This document shows, piece after piece, positions 32,976 to 43,069 of a stretch of 64,000 nucleotides of DNA. Source of the DNA: a virus; the IMG/VR virus record IMGVR_UViG_3300016476_000688, positions 3,597 through 67,596 of that record. One strand, written 5' to 3'. The notes under the pieces are model-generated. The model ran no database searches. It was not told the DNA's origin and worked only from the letters and a program-made list of their open reading frames with translations. Both the position numbers and the translations under genes were made by a program. Each line of letters begins with the position of its first letter. The first letter of the stretch is position 1.

Positions 32976-34222
32976 GTAATAATTTCTTTAAAATACCAGT
33001 AGAAAAGCTACTATTAAAATTACCTAAACCGGTGTCTTTTAATGAAGGACAGCGGGCAATGGTTGAGGGCTTAAATAATAAAAGGTTTTGGGTACAAATT
33101 GCAGGCCGTCGTACAGGTAAATCCTATGCGGCGGCCCTTCTTGCATTTGCAAAGCTATTAGAGCCTAATCAGCAAGTAATGGTTGTAGCCCCTAACTTCA
33201 CACTGTCCTCGATTATTTGGGATTATGTTACTGATTTAATTAAACAAATGGGTATTGAGGTTGATAAGTTTAACCAAAAAGATAAGGTAGTTAAGCTTAT
33301 TAATGGGTCGATATTTAGACTTCTCTCTGCAAACAACCGTGACTCACTTGTTGGTCGTGCTGCTAATTTGCTTATTATTGACGAAGCCGCGATTATTCCA
33401 GATGATGAATATTTCTTACGAGACTTACGTCCTGCCCTATCAACGTTCACAGACTCAAGATGTTTATGGATCTCTACTCCTCGCGGTAAGGGGAACTATC
33501 TTTATAACTATTATATGAGAGGTCAAGACCCAGAGAATTATCCAGACTGGGGTTCTGCTATTTATACTTGGCGCTCAAACCCAATGTTATCAGAAAAAGA
33601 TATTGCAGAAGCTAAACGCACAATGACTAGAGCTCTATTCTTGCAAGAGTATGAGTGCGAATGGACTACTACTGAAAGTCAGATTTATGAATATCTAGAC
33701 GAGGAAAAGCATAAAGGTGATTTCCAAGCTAAAAAGTTTGTTGAGGTAATAGCTGGATTAGACGTTGGATATAGGGACGAGAACGTATTTGTAGTAATAG
33801 GTTTTGACGGACAGAACTACTATATAATAGATGAATATATCTCTAAAGAATCTACTACCTCTGAATTAGCCTCTGTAATCCAAGAAAAAATAGATGAATG
33901 GCGCATAGATACTATTTATATAGATAGTGCCGCACAACAAGTAAAAGCGGATTTCGCATATGATTACGATATTTATTGTGAGAACGCTATTAAATCTGTA
34001 AATGACGGTATTAGCTTTTTACAAGTTCTGGTAGAACAGGATAAGTTATATTTTGATAACGACGGTGCGGCACACACATTCCACGCTATGTCTTCTTATA
34101 AATGGAACCAGTCTACAGATATTCCTAAACCAGTCCACGACTGGGCCTCTCACCCATGTGACGCCGTGCGTTATGCGATATATACGCACCATAAGATGAG
34201 TTCAATATCAATTTACAATTAA
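32972..34222 (+). CDS. terL: terminase large subunit
   Basis: Walker A GRRTGKS, Walker B LLIIDEAA, GLDVG, HPCDAVRY. Confidence 0.95.
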   Translation: MSNNFFKIPVEKLLLKLPKPVSFNEGQRAMVEGLNNKRFWVQIAGRRTGKSYAAALLAFAKLLEPNQQVMVVAPNFTLSSIIWDYVTDLIKQMGIEVDKFNQKDKVVKLINGSIFRLLSANNRDSLVGRAANLLIIDEAAIIPDDEYFLRDLRPALSTFTDSRCLWISTPRGKGNYLYNYYMRGQDPENYPDWGSAIYTWRSNPMLSEKDIAEAKRTMTRALFLQEYECEWTTTESQIYEYLDEEKHKGDFQAKKFVEVIAGLDVGYRDENVFVVIGFDGQNYYIIDEYISKESTTSELASVIQEKIDEWRIDTIYIDSAAQQVKADFAYDYDIYCENAIKSVNDGISFLQVLVEQDKLYFDNDGAAHTFHAMSSYKWNQSTDIPKPVHDWASHPCDAVRYAIYTHHKMSSISIYN

Positions 34223-34257
34223 ATATTTGGACAGACTTTGAAATTTGAGATAAAGTA

Positions 34258-34635
34258 ATGACAGATTTAAAACGACTTCCAGTAAAATACGTAAGAGATT
34301 ATATCAAAAAAGATTATAAGCTACGTGACTGTTGCTATATTTGCAATTCTACTGAATCCTTAGAGTTACACCATCTTTATAGCGTTAGTGAGCTGTTTAA
34401 TAAGTGGTGTGGTTGCAATAATGTAAAAGAGATTAGTAGCGAAGAACAAATTTTAGCGTTACGAATACGTTTTGCTGAAGACTGTTCTGTAGAGCTAAGC
34501 AATGATAATTTGTTTACTCTATGTAGTGATCACCATAAAAGATTACATAATTTGTATGGACAAACCTATCCGAACTTTATGGCTCCAAAGATTAAAAGAT
34601 GGATAGAAATACAAAAGGAAAAACATGGTAACTAA
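34258..34635 (+). CDS. T5-like nicking HNH endonuclease
   Basis: KYVRD..K..Y....CYIC...LELHH...TLC..HH..LH..YG; T5 synteny between terL and portal. Confidence 0.8.
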   Translation: MTDLKRLPVKYVRDYIKKDYKLRDCCYICNSTESLELHHLYSVSELFNKWCGCNNVKEISSEEQILALRIRFAEDCSVELSNDNLFTLCSDHHKRLHNLYGQTYPNFMAPKIKRWIEIQKEKHGN

Positions 34636-35884
34636 AGAAGTGCCTCAATGGCGCCAGTGGGTAGCCGAGAAACTAAACCCTGCACAACCTTCGATTGCTT
34701 CTTTGGAGCCTTTTGCTTCTCCAGAGACTATAGTCGAGTATCAACAAGCTTATAGAGACATTGAGATCATTCATCGTTCTATAGAGCTTATTATTAATGC
34801 TTGCGTAGAAATCCCTTTAATAGTAGAAGGTGCGGGTCCAGCAAAAAAAGTTAATAAATTACTTAACATCAAACCCAATCCCTTTGAAGATAGGGTTAGA
34901 CTATTTAGACGTGCTTTCTTAGACTTTCAGCTTGATGGTAACGCTTTTTTCTACTACGATGGTGAGCATCTATATGTTCTACCGGCAAACGATGTAGAAG
35001 TAGTACCTGATGAAAAAACTTTTGTATCTCACTATAACTATCTTGTATCTAACCAACGTTCGTCTGACTACTTTGGTTATAGCAAGCAAACTAGAAAATC
35101 CCAGGCTATTCGCTTTGAGCCGCATGAGATAATTCACGTAATGGCCGAAAACGATGAGTCTATTTTTAGAGGTGTTTCCAGACTTAAATCATCATTAAGA
35201 TTAATTGAACTATATTACTATATGATTAATTTCCAACGTCAGTTCTTTAAGAACAACGCTCTACCAGGTTTTGTACTTACTACTGATAATATTCTATCTA
35301 AAAGAGTTAAAGAACGACTGTTAGAATCTTGGAGATCTACGTATACTACTATTTTTGATGGTGCTAGAAACCCAGCTATATTAGATGGCGGCTTGAAAAT
35401 TGATAGATTTTCAACTATCAATTTTGAACAACTTGATTTTGAAGGTTCTATTGAGCGTATTCAACAAGATATGTCAAAAGCTTTAGGTGTACCTTATGTA
35501 TTATTAAAGTCTGGGAATAACGCAAACATTGATGCTAACCAAAAGCTATTTTATTTACATACTGTGTTACCTATATTAAATCAATTTTCTAGTGCTTTTA
35601 CGCACTACTTCAACAATAACATAGTTGTAAGACCAGATAGATTATCAGTTCCTGCTTTACAGCCAGATAATAAAACACAAGCAACTTACTATTCAACACT
35701 CGTAAATACGGGTCTTATCACCCCTAATGAAGCTCGTGAAGGATTAAGATTTGCAAAACTTGAAGGACTTGATACAATAAGAATACCACAAAATATTACA
35801 GGAAGCGCAACAGACGCGACCCAGGGTGGTAGACCTGTAGAATCTGATGAAACTTCTACAAGCGAGGGAACAGCAAATGAGTGA
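34625..35884 (+). CDS. portal protein (HK97 family)
   Basis: GNAF, FFKN.A.PG, GLITPNEAR motifs. Confidence 0.92.
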   Translation: MVTKEVPQWRQWVAEKLNPAQPSIASLEPFASPETIVEYQQAYRDIEIIHRSIELIINACVEIPLIVEGAGPAKKVNKLLNIKPNPFEDRVRLFRRAFLDFQLDGNAFFYYDGEHLYVLPANDVEVVPDEKTFVSHYNYLVSNQRSSDYFGYSKQTRKSQAIRFEPHEIIHVMAENDESIFRGVSRLKSSLRLIELYYYMINFQRQFFKNNALPGFVLTTDNILSKRVKERLLESWRSTYTTIFDGARNPAILDGGLKIDRFSTINFEQLDFEGSIERIQQDMSKALGVPYVLLKSGNNANIDANQKLFYLHTVLPILNQFSSAFTHYFNNNIVVRPDRLSVPALQPDNKTQATYYSTLVNTGLITPNEAREGLRFAKLEGLDTIRIPQNITGSATDATQGGRPVESDETSTSEGTANE

Positions 35885-38492
35885 TAAAACATTTTATTTA
35901 AATAGTTCTTTCGAAGCAAAAGCACTATCAAAGGCAAATAAGTCTTTGAGAATTGCTGGCTACGCTAATACTACTGCTAAAGACCGAGCTGGTGATATTG
36001 TAACCGCTGAAGCTTGGGCTAAAGGTGTAGAAAACTTTAGACGCAATCCAGTTATGCTTTATCAGCATAAGCATGATTGCCCCATTGGCCGTTTTGACAA
36101 GATTACAGTCGATAAAAAAGGTATCTACGTCGAAGGAACAGTTAGTGAAGCAGCTGAGAAAAACTATGGTATACAGACTCTAATTAAGGACGGCGCTTTA
36201 AAAAGCTTTAGTGTGGGTTTTAGAGTTAAAGACGGAAAATATAACAGTAAAGACGATACTATGTTAATTACAGACGTAGAACTGTTAGAAATTTCAGTCG
36301 TAAGTGTGCCATGTAACCAGGATTCTTTATTCAGTCTCCGCAAGAGTTTTGAAGGAACAGATGAAGAATATCGTTCATTCTTACAAAACTTTGAAGAAGC
36401 GACTGAAGAAGAAACTAAAATGATGCGCGGTATAAAAGCCGGTATCACAGATATGTGTGAAGGTCATTATCATACTCTAGAGTTAGATGAAAACGGTAAT
36501 GGTGTTACAACCTATGCGTCTCATATGGCTAACCATGCACACAGAGTAGTAAATGGTATTGTATTAGAAGCTGAAGGCCACACACATAATATTAGTATGG
36601 TAGGAGTACCGCCTATGAATATGGAAGAAGCTGAAACTACTAGCACTCGTCCATTATCTCCTTCTGAAGAGCAGGCTATCTCTGGCAAAGCTGTAGATAC
36701 TGCCACTATCGAAGAAGTTACAGAGGATGCAGTAGAGAAATCAGTTGATACAGCAGTAGAAAAATCACAAGAAGATGTAAGCTCTGAGGCTTCTGAAGAA
36801 GAGGAAGAAGTGCTTACTAGAGACCCTAACGAGGCAATTCCTTTTGTGAATTTACTATCTGTACCAACACTAACAAACGGAGACCTAGTAAATTACAAAG
36901 AAAAAATGTATAAGGTCCTTGAAATCCCAACTGCCCAAAGCCCAATCTTTAAATTTTTAGAAGTTGACGCTGACGGAAAAGACTGTGATAATACTATTAA
37001 TGTGAATACAGAAGAAATTTCACAAGTCGTAAAAACACAAGAGACTACAAGTGAAGACGAGATTACAGAAAAAAATCTTAACGAAGAGCTTCACGAAGAT
37101 TCAACAAAGGAGAACGACAAAATGGCTGAACAAGTCGTAGATTCAATCGACCTTAGCACAGTAAAGACTGAGCAGGTTGAGACTAAAAAAGACGTAGCTA
37201 CAGCTACTGTCTCAGCGCCTAGAGTTGCTGATCTAGTTGAAAAAACTGGTGAAGCTATTATTAAAGAAGCTGATGCAAAAGACAAGTACGGTGAATATAC
37301 ACCAGTACAGACAGAGGAAGTAGCTGAGCTAAAGTCTCAGATTTCCAAGTATAAGGACGAGATCAAAGCTCTTCAAAATAGCAAAATGCTATATGCAGAA
37401 AATTCTCGTACTTCCCACCAATTCTCTGAGAAGGAAATGGCAAACGCTGTGCTTCTAGCAAAGATGCTTAACAAGCGCGACGTTTTCGACACTAAGTACG
37501 GTAATCGTATGAAAGCTGTTACAACTGTAGATCAGTTCCTATCTAACTTCTCTCAAAATATTTACACTGAAATGGAACAGCAACTAGTTATTGCTCCAAT
37601 GTTCACACGTCTACCTGTAGACGCTAAGACATTCCGCGTTCCAGTAGCAGATGAAGATACTGATGGCGATGTAGCAATGTTCCGTTCTGGCACATATGCA
37701 ACAGGTATTGCTGACACTACAAACGTACCAGCATCCAACCAGCACTCTATCTCCGCAGTTGAGTTCACACCACACAAGTTCATGGCTACAACTCACCTAG
37801 CAAAAGATGAAGAAGAAGATACAGTTCTACCATTACTAGACTTCCTACGTAATGCAGCTACTCGTCGTCTAGCCCGTGCTATTGACAAGTCCATTCTTCG
37901 TGGTACTGGAGCCCTAACTGGCTTTACTGCTTCTCCAACAAACTCTATCGTAGCTGGTACTGGTTATGCTTCTGTTATTGAAGGTATCACAAACCTAACT
38001 GCTGATGCTTCTCTAACAGTTCCAACTGGTTCTTCAACTGATAAAGCAGACCCATCTGATATCGCAGCAGCACGTACTGCTATGGGTAAGTATGGTCTAC
38101 AACTAGGTAACGATCTAGTATACATTACTTCTATTGAAGGTTATAACAACCTAGTAACAACAGCAGACTTCCGTACTGTTGATAAGTTTGGTCCAAACGC
38201 TACTTATCTAACAGGTTCCGTAGGTGCTGTATACGGTATTCCAATCGCTATCTCTGAGTTCTTAGATAACGTTGGTTCTACTGGTAACCACCTAGGTGTT
38301 CTACTTTACAAGCCAGGCTTCATGATTGCTGAACGTCGTGGTATTGAGATTGAAAGTGAATACGAGCCACGTCAGCAAGTAACTGCTATGTACATGAGCA
38401 CTCGTTTTGATTTCAAGGCTCTAACTACAAACTCCGGTGCTGCTCTAGATAGTTCTAAGTATGCATACGCAGTTACAGTAACTGCTGGTTAA
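35877..38492 (+). CDS. prohead protease-linker-major capsid protein fusion (HK97 fold), with probable internal MCP start at 37122
   Basis: GYANT...DRAGD, LYQH, SFSVGF, EISVVSVP.N protease motifs; C-terminal capsid; AAGGAG-N9-ATG in frame at 37122. Confidence 0.88.
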   Translation: MSDKTFYLNSSFEAKALSKANKSLRIAGYANTTAKDRAGDIVTAEAWAKGVENFRRNPVMLYQHKHDCPIGRFDKITVDKKGIYVEGTVSEAAEKNYGIQTLIKDGALKSFSVGFRVKDGKYNSKDDTMLITDVELLEISVVSVPCNQDSLFSLRKSFEGTDEEYRSFLQNFEEATEEETKMMRGIKAGITDMCEGHYHTLELDENGNGVTTYASHMANHAHRVVNGIVLEAEGHTHNISMVGVPPMNMEEAETTSTRPLSPSEEQAISGKAVDTATIEEVTEDAVEKSVDTAVEKSQEDVSSEASEEEEEVLTRDPNEAIPFVNLLSVPTLTNGDLVNYKEKMYKVLEIPTAQSPIFKFLEVDADGKDCDNTINVNTEEISQVVKTQETTSEDEITEKNLNEELHEDSTKENDKMAEQVVDSIDLSTVKTEQVETKKDVATATVSAPRVADLVEKTGEAIIKEADAKDKYGEYTPVQTEEVAELKSQISKYKDEIKALQNSKMLYAENSRTSHQFSEKEMANAVLLAKMLNKRDVFDTKYGNRMKAVTTVDQFLSNFSQNIYTEMEQQLVIAPMFTRLPVDAKTFRVPVADEDTDGDVAMFRSGTYATGIADTTNVPASNQHSISAVEFTPHKFMATTHLAKDEEEDTVLPLLDFLRNAATRRLARAIDKSILRGTGALTGFTASPTNSIVAGTGYASVIEGITNLTADASLTVPTGSSTDKADPSDIAAARTAMGKYGLQLGNDLVYITSIEGYNNLVTTADFRTVDKFGPNATYLTGSVGAVYGIPIAISEFLDNVGSTGNHLGVLLYKPGFMIAERRGIEIESEYEPRQQVTAMYMSTRFDFKALTTNSGAALDSSKYAYAVTVTAG

Positions 38493-38517
38493 TAATCAGT
38501 AAAATAGATGAACTACA

Positions 38518-38546
38518 AAGGGGGAGGCGGTCAAACGCCTCCCCTT
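38518..38546 (+). terminator. GC hairpin after the capsid gene (terminator or stabiliser)
   Basis: aagggggaggcg-gtcaaa-cgcctcccctt. Confidence 0.6.
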
Positions 38547-38567
38547 ATTCAATAAAGGCGGACAATC

Positions 38568-39902
38568 ATGGTTGATAGTTTTGAGGAATCTCTTGGAAAA
38601 AACGCATATATTACCTTAGCGCAAGTTAAGGATTACTTAAGCATATCTAGTAATACTCAAGATGCTAGATTATCAAACATAATTTCTTATGCGACAGGTG
38701 TTATTGAGCACTATATTGGTCAAGAAGTGTTAGCAAATGACTATGTAGAGGTGTTTGATGGTGGTGTATCTTCCGTATATGTTAGCAGATTACCCTTAAA
38801 TGCTGTTTACCAAGTATCCGAATTTAATGGTAATGAGCATATTATTTTAGCAGACCCAAGCGCTTATGGAACGCCAGTAAGCTCTATTGGTACGTCTATA
38901 TCATTTGAGTTTGTTAATAATGCTGTTGTTACTGAGAAATCTAAAAAATTTGGTAAATCTAGTCTAAAGCTAGATACACCAGACTATTTAGTCTCGCACA
39001 TAGTACCAGAGAGACTACAGTTTAGCGATAGCGACTTCACTATTGAAATGTTTGTTAGAGTAGACGAACCAGTATTAACAGACAATACGGTTTTTGAAAT
39101 TTCTTCTGATACTAACAATTACTTAGCCCTTAAGCTCGCAAACCAAAGAGGATTATCTTTTACTAGTGCTGTAGCTAACGTAATTACTACAGTGTCTGGC
39201 TCAAATACTCTTGTTGAATCTCAACAGTTTAGTAGAAAACGATGGGCGCATATTGCAGTTACGAGAGAGTATAGCAATGAAAGACTAAAATTATTCTATA
39301 ACGGCAATACCATTGCCTCTGCTAGCTATACAGTAGATGATTTAAGCTTTGATAATACTATATCTATAGGTAGTACTTTTAAAGGCTATATAGATGAAGT
39401 TAGAGTATCTGATGTAGCTCGTTATTCCTCTAATTTCACAGTGCCTACTCAACGTTTCAGACCTGATAAAGACACTGCAATGTTAGTACACTTTGATACT
39501 AAGCATAATTCCACTATTGCTAAAGACGTACATAATTTACCTGCTGAGTATAACTTTACAAGGGATACTGGCGAAATAACAAAAGATACTGGTAGTGTCG
39601 GCTTAACAGGAAACTTCACTTCTATAAGAAAAAGCTATCCATCATTAACTATTTCTGGACCACAAACCTTTCAACCATTTCCCAGTGCTGTTGAGGTTAC
39701 TTACAGAGCCGGATATGAAGCATCTTCTGTTCCGTTAGATTTACAGGTTGCTACATTAGACTACGTTAAATTATTATATAAACAAGATCAAGAAAAGAAA
39801 GGGTTTAGTTTCGAGGGCGAGCGCGGTGATCAATTCCCTCTAGCCGGTAACTTCCCTCCACATATTCGTAGAATACTTGATCTATATAGGATAATAGATT
39901 AA
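38568..39902 (+). CDS. head-tail connector (gp6-like) with inserted LamG/concanavalin domain
   Basis: YITLAQVKDYL...IE.Y N-term; DFTIE.F...W.HIAV.R...GYIDEVR.S..ARY insert; V.Y.AGY...P.D...A C-term. Confidence 0.8.
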   Translation: MVDSFEESLGKNAYITLAQVKDYLSISSNTQDARLSNIISYATGVIEHYIGQEVLANDYVEVFDGGVSSVYVSRLPLNAVYQVSEFNGNEHIILADPSAYGTPVSSIGTSISFEFVNNAVVTEKSKKFGKSSLKLDTPDYLVSHIVPERLQFSDSDFTIEMFVRVDEPVLTDNTVFEISSDTNNYLALKLANQRGLSFTSAVANVITTVSGSNTLVESQQFSRKRWAHIAVTREYSNERLKLFYNGNTIASASYTVDDLSFDNTISIGSTFKGYIDEVRVSDVARYSSNFTVPTQRFRPDKDTAMLVHFDTKHNSTIAKDVHNLPAEYNFTRDTGEITKDTGSVGLTGNFTSIRKSYPSLTISGPQTFQPFPSAVEVTYRAGYEASSVPLDLQVATLDYVKLLYKQDQEKKGFSFEGERGDQFPLAGNFPPHIRRILDLYRIID

Positions 39903-41206
39903 TGTTAGAAGTTAAAATTACTTCTTCCGTAGAAGCAGATAACTCTGCTCTACGGGTTTTTAAAGATACACCTTTAGCTTTACAAGATGCGCTTAAACTA
40001 GCGCAACAGTTTTATGGTGCCTCTAGAATTAATAGTCAGTATAAAAGTACTCTTACTTCAGTAGCTAAAAGATTAAATACTAAGGTAGAAGAAGCTATAT
40101 CTAAGGCATTAGGTGGTGTCCCTATAAAAGAAGGCACTGGTGGTTTTTATCCAGACTTTTATATATACGATAAAGAGACTGGTGAATTTAGTTTTCAGGA
40201 ACAAAAACTAGTTACAACTACAGAAAAAGAAGGAAGATTCAGTCGAGCCAAGCCTATTAGCTTAGCTGGTGGTGAAGGGATCACTATTTCTAGAGGTACA
40301 AGAAAGGTATTAACTGGATTTGATACTAGCGGTAAAAAGCCTAAACCGACTTTTGAGCAGATTTTTACTTCTAGATTTGTAAATGATTTATTGTCTGCCA
40401 AAGACAAACCAGCAGAACTTATTAGAATCCTTAATGGTAGAGGTAAAGCTGCTACGGCCTTCAGAAATACCTTATCTATAAAAGCAAACGCTATTAATAT
40501 TCCTACAGTATCTCAAGGCGTGCTTCAAAATAGAACTATACGTTTTACGTGGAAAGACATACAAGAAGCTGTTCTTTCTAAAAAAATGACCATTGCTATT
40601 AGCGAAACTGCAAACGGTGTTAAATTAAATCTTTACTTTTCTTCTGCGATAATTAATAAAGCACTGAACGATGCCAGCAAAGTGATTATAAAAGAGATAC
40701 AGGGAGAATTAGGTCGCGAAATACTTACAGCGCTCTCTGCAGTAATGTCCCTACCTTCAGGGTCTTCTCCTGCTGATCTAAAAGCGTTTCTAAAAACCTT
40801 AAATTTTGAACATGCTGCTGAGTACGTTGTTGGGTCTGCGATCATTGCTAGAGGCGTTATTGCTTCTCCGAAGCAAGGAAAGCAACAAGATAAAGAAGAT
40901 AAGCAGAGATTTATCTCTGGTATACAATGGACTGTGCTTACACAAAAAAGACTAGGCGAAACAATGCTTAGATTAGGCGATCCAGAGCCTCCAAATCTTA
41001 AAGAAAGAACCGGAAGATTCCGTGGTAGCGTACAAGTTATACCAAATTATAGAACCATGACTTTACAGTATTTATATAACCCTTTATATAGATCACTAGA
41101 GAGATATGGGTATAATCCTAATATGCAAGTAGAAACTGCTATACGAGAAGTAGCCCAATCACTATTTGCTCAGAAGTTTAATATAGTAAGAGGCAATAGA
41201 GTATGA
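39902..41206 (+). CDS. tail completion protein (T5 p143-like C-terminus)
   Basis: Synteny; RTGRF..SV..., Y.Y.P.Y motif. Confidence 0.6.
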   Translation: MLEVKITSSVEADNSALRVFKDTPLALQDALKLAQQFYGASRINSQYKSTLTSVAKRLNTKVEEAISKALGGVPIKEGTGGFYPDFYIYDKETGEFSFQEQKLVTTTEKEGRFSRAKPISLAGGEGITISRGTRKVLTGFDTSGKKPKPTFEQIFTSRFVNDLLSAKDKPAELIRILNGRGKAATAFRNTLSIKANAINIPTVSQGVLQNRTIRFTWKDIQEAVLSKKMTIAISETANGVKLNLYFSSAIINKALNDASKVIIKEIQGELGREILTALSAVMSLPSGSSPADLKAFLKTLNFEHAAEYVVGSAIIARGVIASPKQGKQQDKEDKQRFISGIQWTVLTQKRLGETMLRLGDPEPPNLKERTGRFRGSVQVIPNYRTMTLQYLYNPLYRSLERYGYNPNMQVETAIREVAQSLFAQKFNIVRGNRV

Positions 41207-41658
41207 TTTTTAATAGACGTACAGAAATAATAGAGTTTCTAATTACAAATCTAAAAAATATAAACGGTGGTATCTCTACTTATGATAATACTTATCAATA
41301 TAACCACAACGTGTTTAACAACGTATTCAGAAAAATTAAGTTTCTCGACGAAGTAAACGATTTTCCATCAATATATTTATCTGCCGGAACCGAAATTAGA
41401 AATTTTCAATCAGAAAATTTGACGGTAGCTATTTTAAACGTTATCATAAGAGCATACGTATATGGAGAAGATAATTCTCAAACTGCAGCAGATAATTTGG
41501 CTGAAGATATTGAGCATGTTATATATAGTATAGGCGACGAACCTGAAAAAGGAATATTGGACATAACTATAGAAAATATTTCAGCAGATGAAGGTTTAGC
41601 GTTTCCTTACGGCGTGGCAGAGTTAGAATTATCCGTAGTCTATAGACTAGAATATTAA
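41203..41658 (+). CDS. tail terminator (T5 p142-like)
   Basis: Synteny before tail tube; KFLDEVNDFPSIY, DEG...PYG. Confidence 0.8.
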   Translation: MIFNRRTEIIEFLITNLKNINGGISTYDNTYQYNHNVFNNVFRKIKFLDEVNDFPSIYLSAGTEIRNFQSENLTVAILNVIIRAYVYGEDNSQTAADNLAEDIEHVIYSIGDEPEKGILDITIENISADEGLAFPYGVAELELSVVYRLEY

Positions 41659-41670
41659 GGAGAATAAAAT

Positions 41671-42939
41671 ATGACATCTCTTAATTTACAAAGAAATTCT
41701 GAGGTATTCTTCTCTACTGTTGACCTAGTTAATGGTGGGGCAGTCACTTCTATGACGCCTTCTAATACTTGGAAGTTAGAGGTGTTAGCTGGTTTTGCCG
41801 TAAGTGCTTCATCCGCAACTCAGGACATTACTTCTTTAGAATCAGGTTCAACTCCTGATAGATCACAACAAAGATTCAATACTGCTATTAACCCAGTAGA
41901 GTGGAACTTCCAAGTTTACCTACGCCCGACTGGTGTAGAAACTGGTGCTACTGCTGGCGGTTCTGCCGCAGCTACTACGAATAGCGGTAACGTTAAGCCA
42001 ACTGCTGACTGGTTCATGTGGCAGGCTCTTGTATCTAATACAAAACCTTCTAACGGTACTGCAGAACAGTCTGTATGGGAAACAGGTGGTAAGCTAAGAA
42101 CAACTAACGTAGCTGCTGGTGTAGGTTCTCACAGCACTCGCTCTAACTTCTCTACTGCTCAAGAAAATCACCTATACTTCAAACTAGATAACATTATTTA
42201 TCAGGTATCTAATGCTACAGTTAACCAAGCTACTGTAGATGCTGGTATTGAAGAAATAGCTACTGTTACTTGGGCGGGTCTAGGTACTACTATGCGTGAG
42301 CTAACTGGTACACCTAGAAACAACGCTGTATCTGTTTTTGGTGGTATTCTGAATACTGGAGCAGTTGTTACTGCAAACGCAAATGCTCTAAACCTAAGCA
42401 ACGTTGCTTGCTATCACCCATACAACCAGATGAACGTAGCTGGTTCTCTTGCAACTAACTCATTCATCAAGAATAGACTTAGTGCAATTAACTTCCAACA
42501 CGCTGCTTCAGCTTCTGCTACTGGTAATACTTATACATTCCCAGTAACAGCTCTTACTTTCGAGTATAACAATAATATCACTTACCTAACACCAGAAGAG
42601 CTAAGTGCTCTAAATGAGCCTATCGGTCAGTTTACAGGTACTAGAGGTGTAAGTGGCTCCGCAACTATGTATCTACGTGCTGGGGATTCACAATCAGCTC
42701 AGTTCCTACGTAACATCGCGCAGGATTCACGTACTTCTTCTGCTCAAACTTCTAATGCTAACCTAATTATCGGTGGTACTACTGCTCCTTACGTAGCTTT
42801 CGCACTACCAGCAGTTCAGTTTGAGTTCCCACAGGTAGCTGTTGAAGATGTACTATCTGTAAGTGTTAACTTCGTAGCACAAGAACCAAACGCTACAAAA
42901 GGTCAAGGCGGTGAAGTAACAATTTTTGCCGATAAATAA
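41671..42939 (+). CDS. major tail tube protein (T5 pb6-like)
   Basis: MTSLNLQRNSEVFFST resembles T5 pb6 MSLQLLRNTRIFVST; NP.EW.F..Y.RP. Confidence 0.85.
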   Translation: MTSLNLQRNSEVFFSTVDLVNGGAVTSMTPSNTWKLEVLAGFAVSASSATQDITSLESGSTPDRSQQRFNTAINPVEWNFQVYLRPTGVETGATAGGSAAATTNSGNVKPTADWFMWQALVSNTKPSNGTAEQSVWETGGKLRTTNVAAGVGSHSTRSNFSTAQENHLYFKLDNIIYQVSNATVNQATVDAGIEEIATVTWAGLGTTMRELTGTPRNNAVSVFGGILNTGAVVTANANALNLSNVACYHPYNQMNVAGSLATNSFIKNRLSAINFQHAASASATGNTYTFPVTALTFEYNNNITYLTPEELSALNEPIGQFTGTRGVSGSATMYLRAGDSQSAQFLRNIAQDSRTSSAQTSNANLIIGGTTAPYVAFALPAVQFEFPQVAVEDVLSVSVNFVAQEPNATKGQGGEVTIFADK

Positions 42940-43069
42940 TTAACTATTTCTGAGGGGAAATAATTAACTATTCAACCAGAGAGCGTCTATCGACTTGCGA
43001 AACAAGGTTTCCCCTCACCTTTGTAAGCAGATATGTCGATGGACGCTCACTTTTATATAGAGGGATCTA

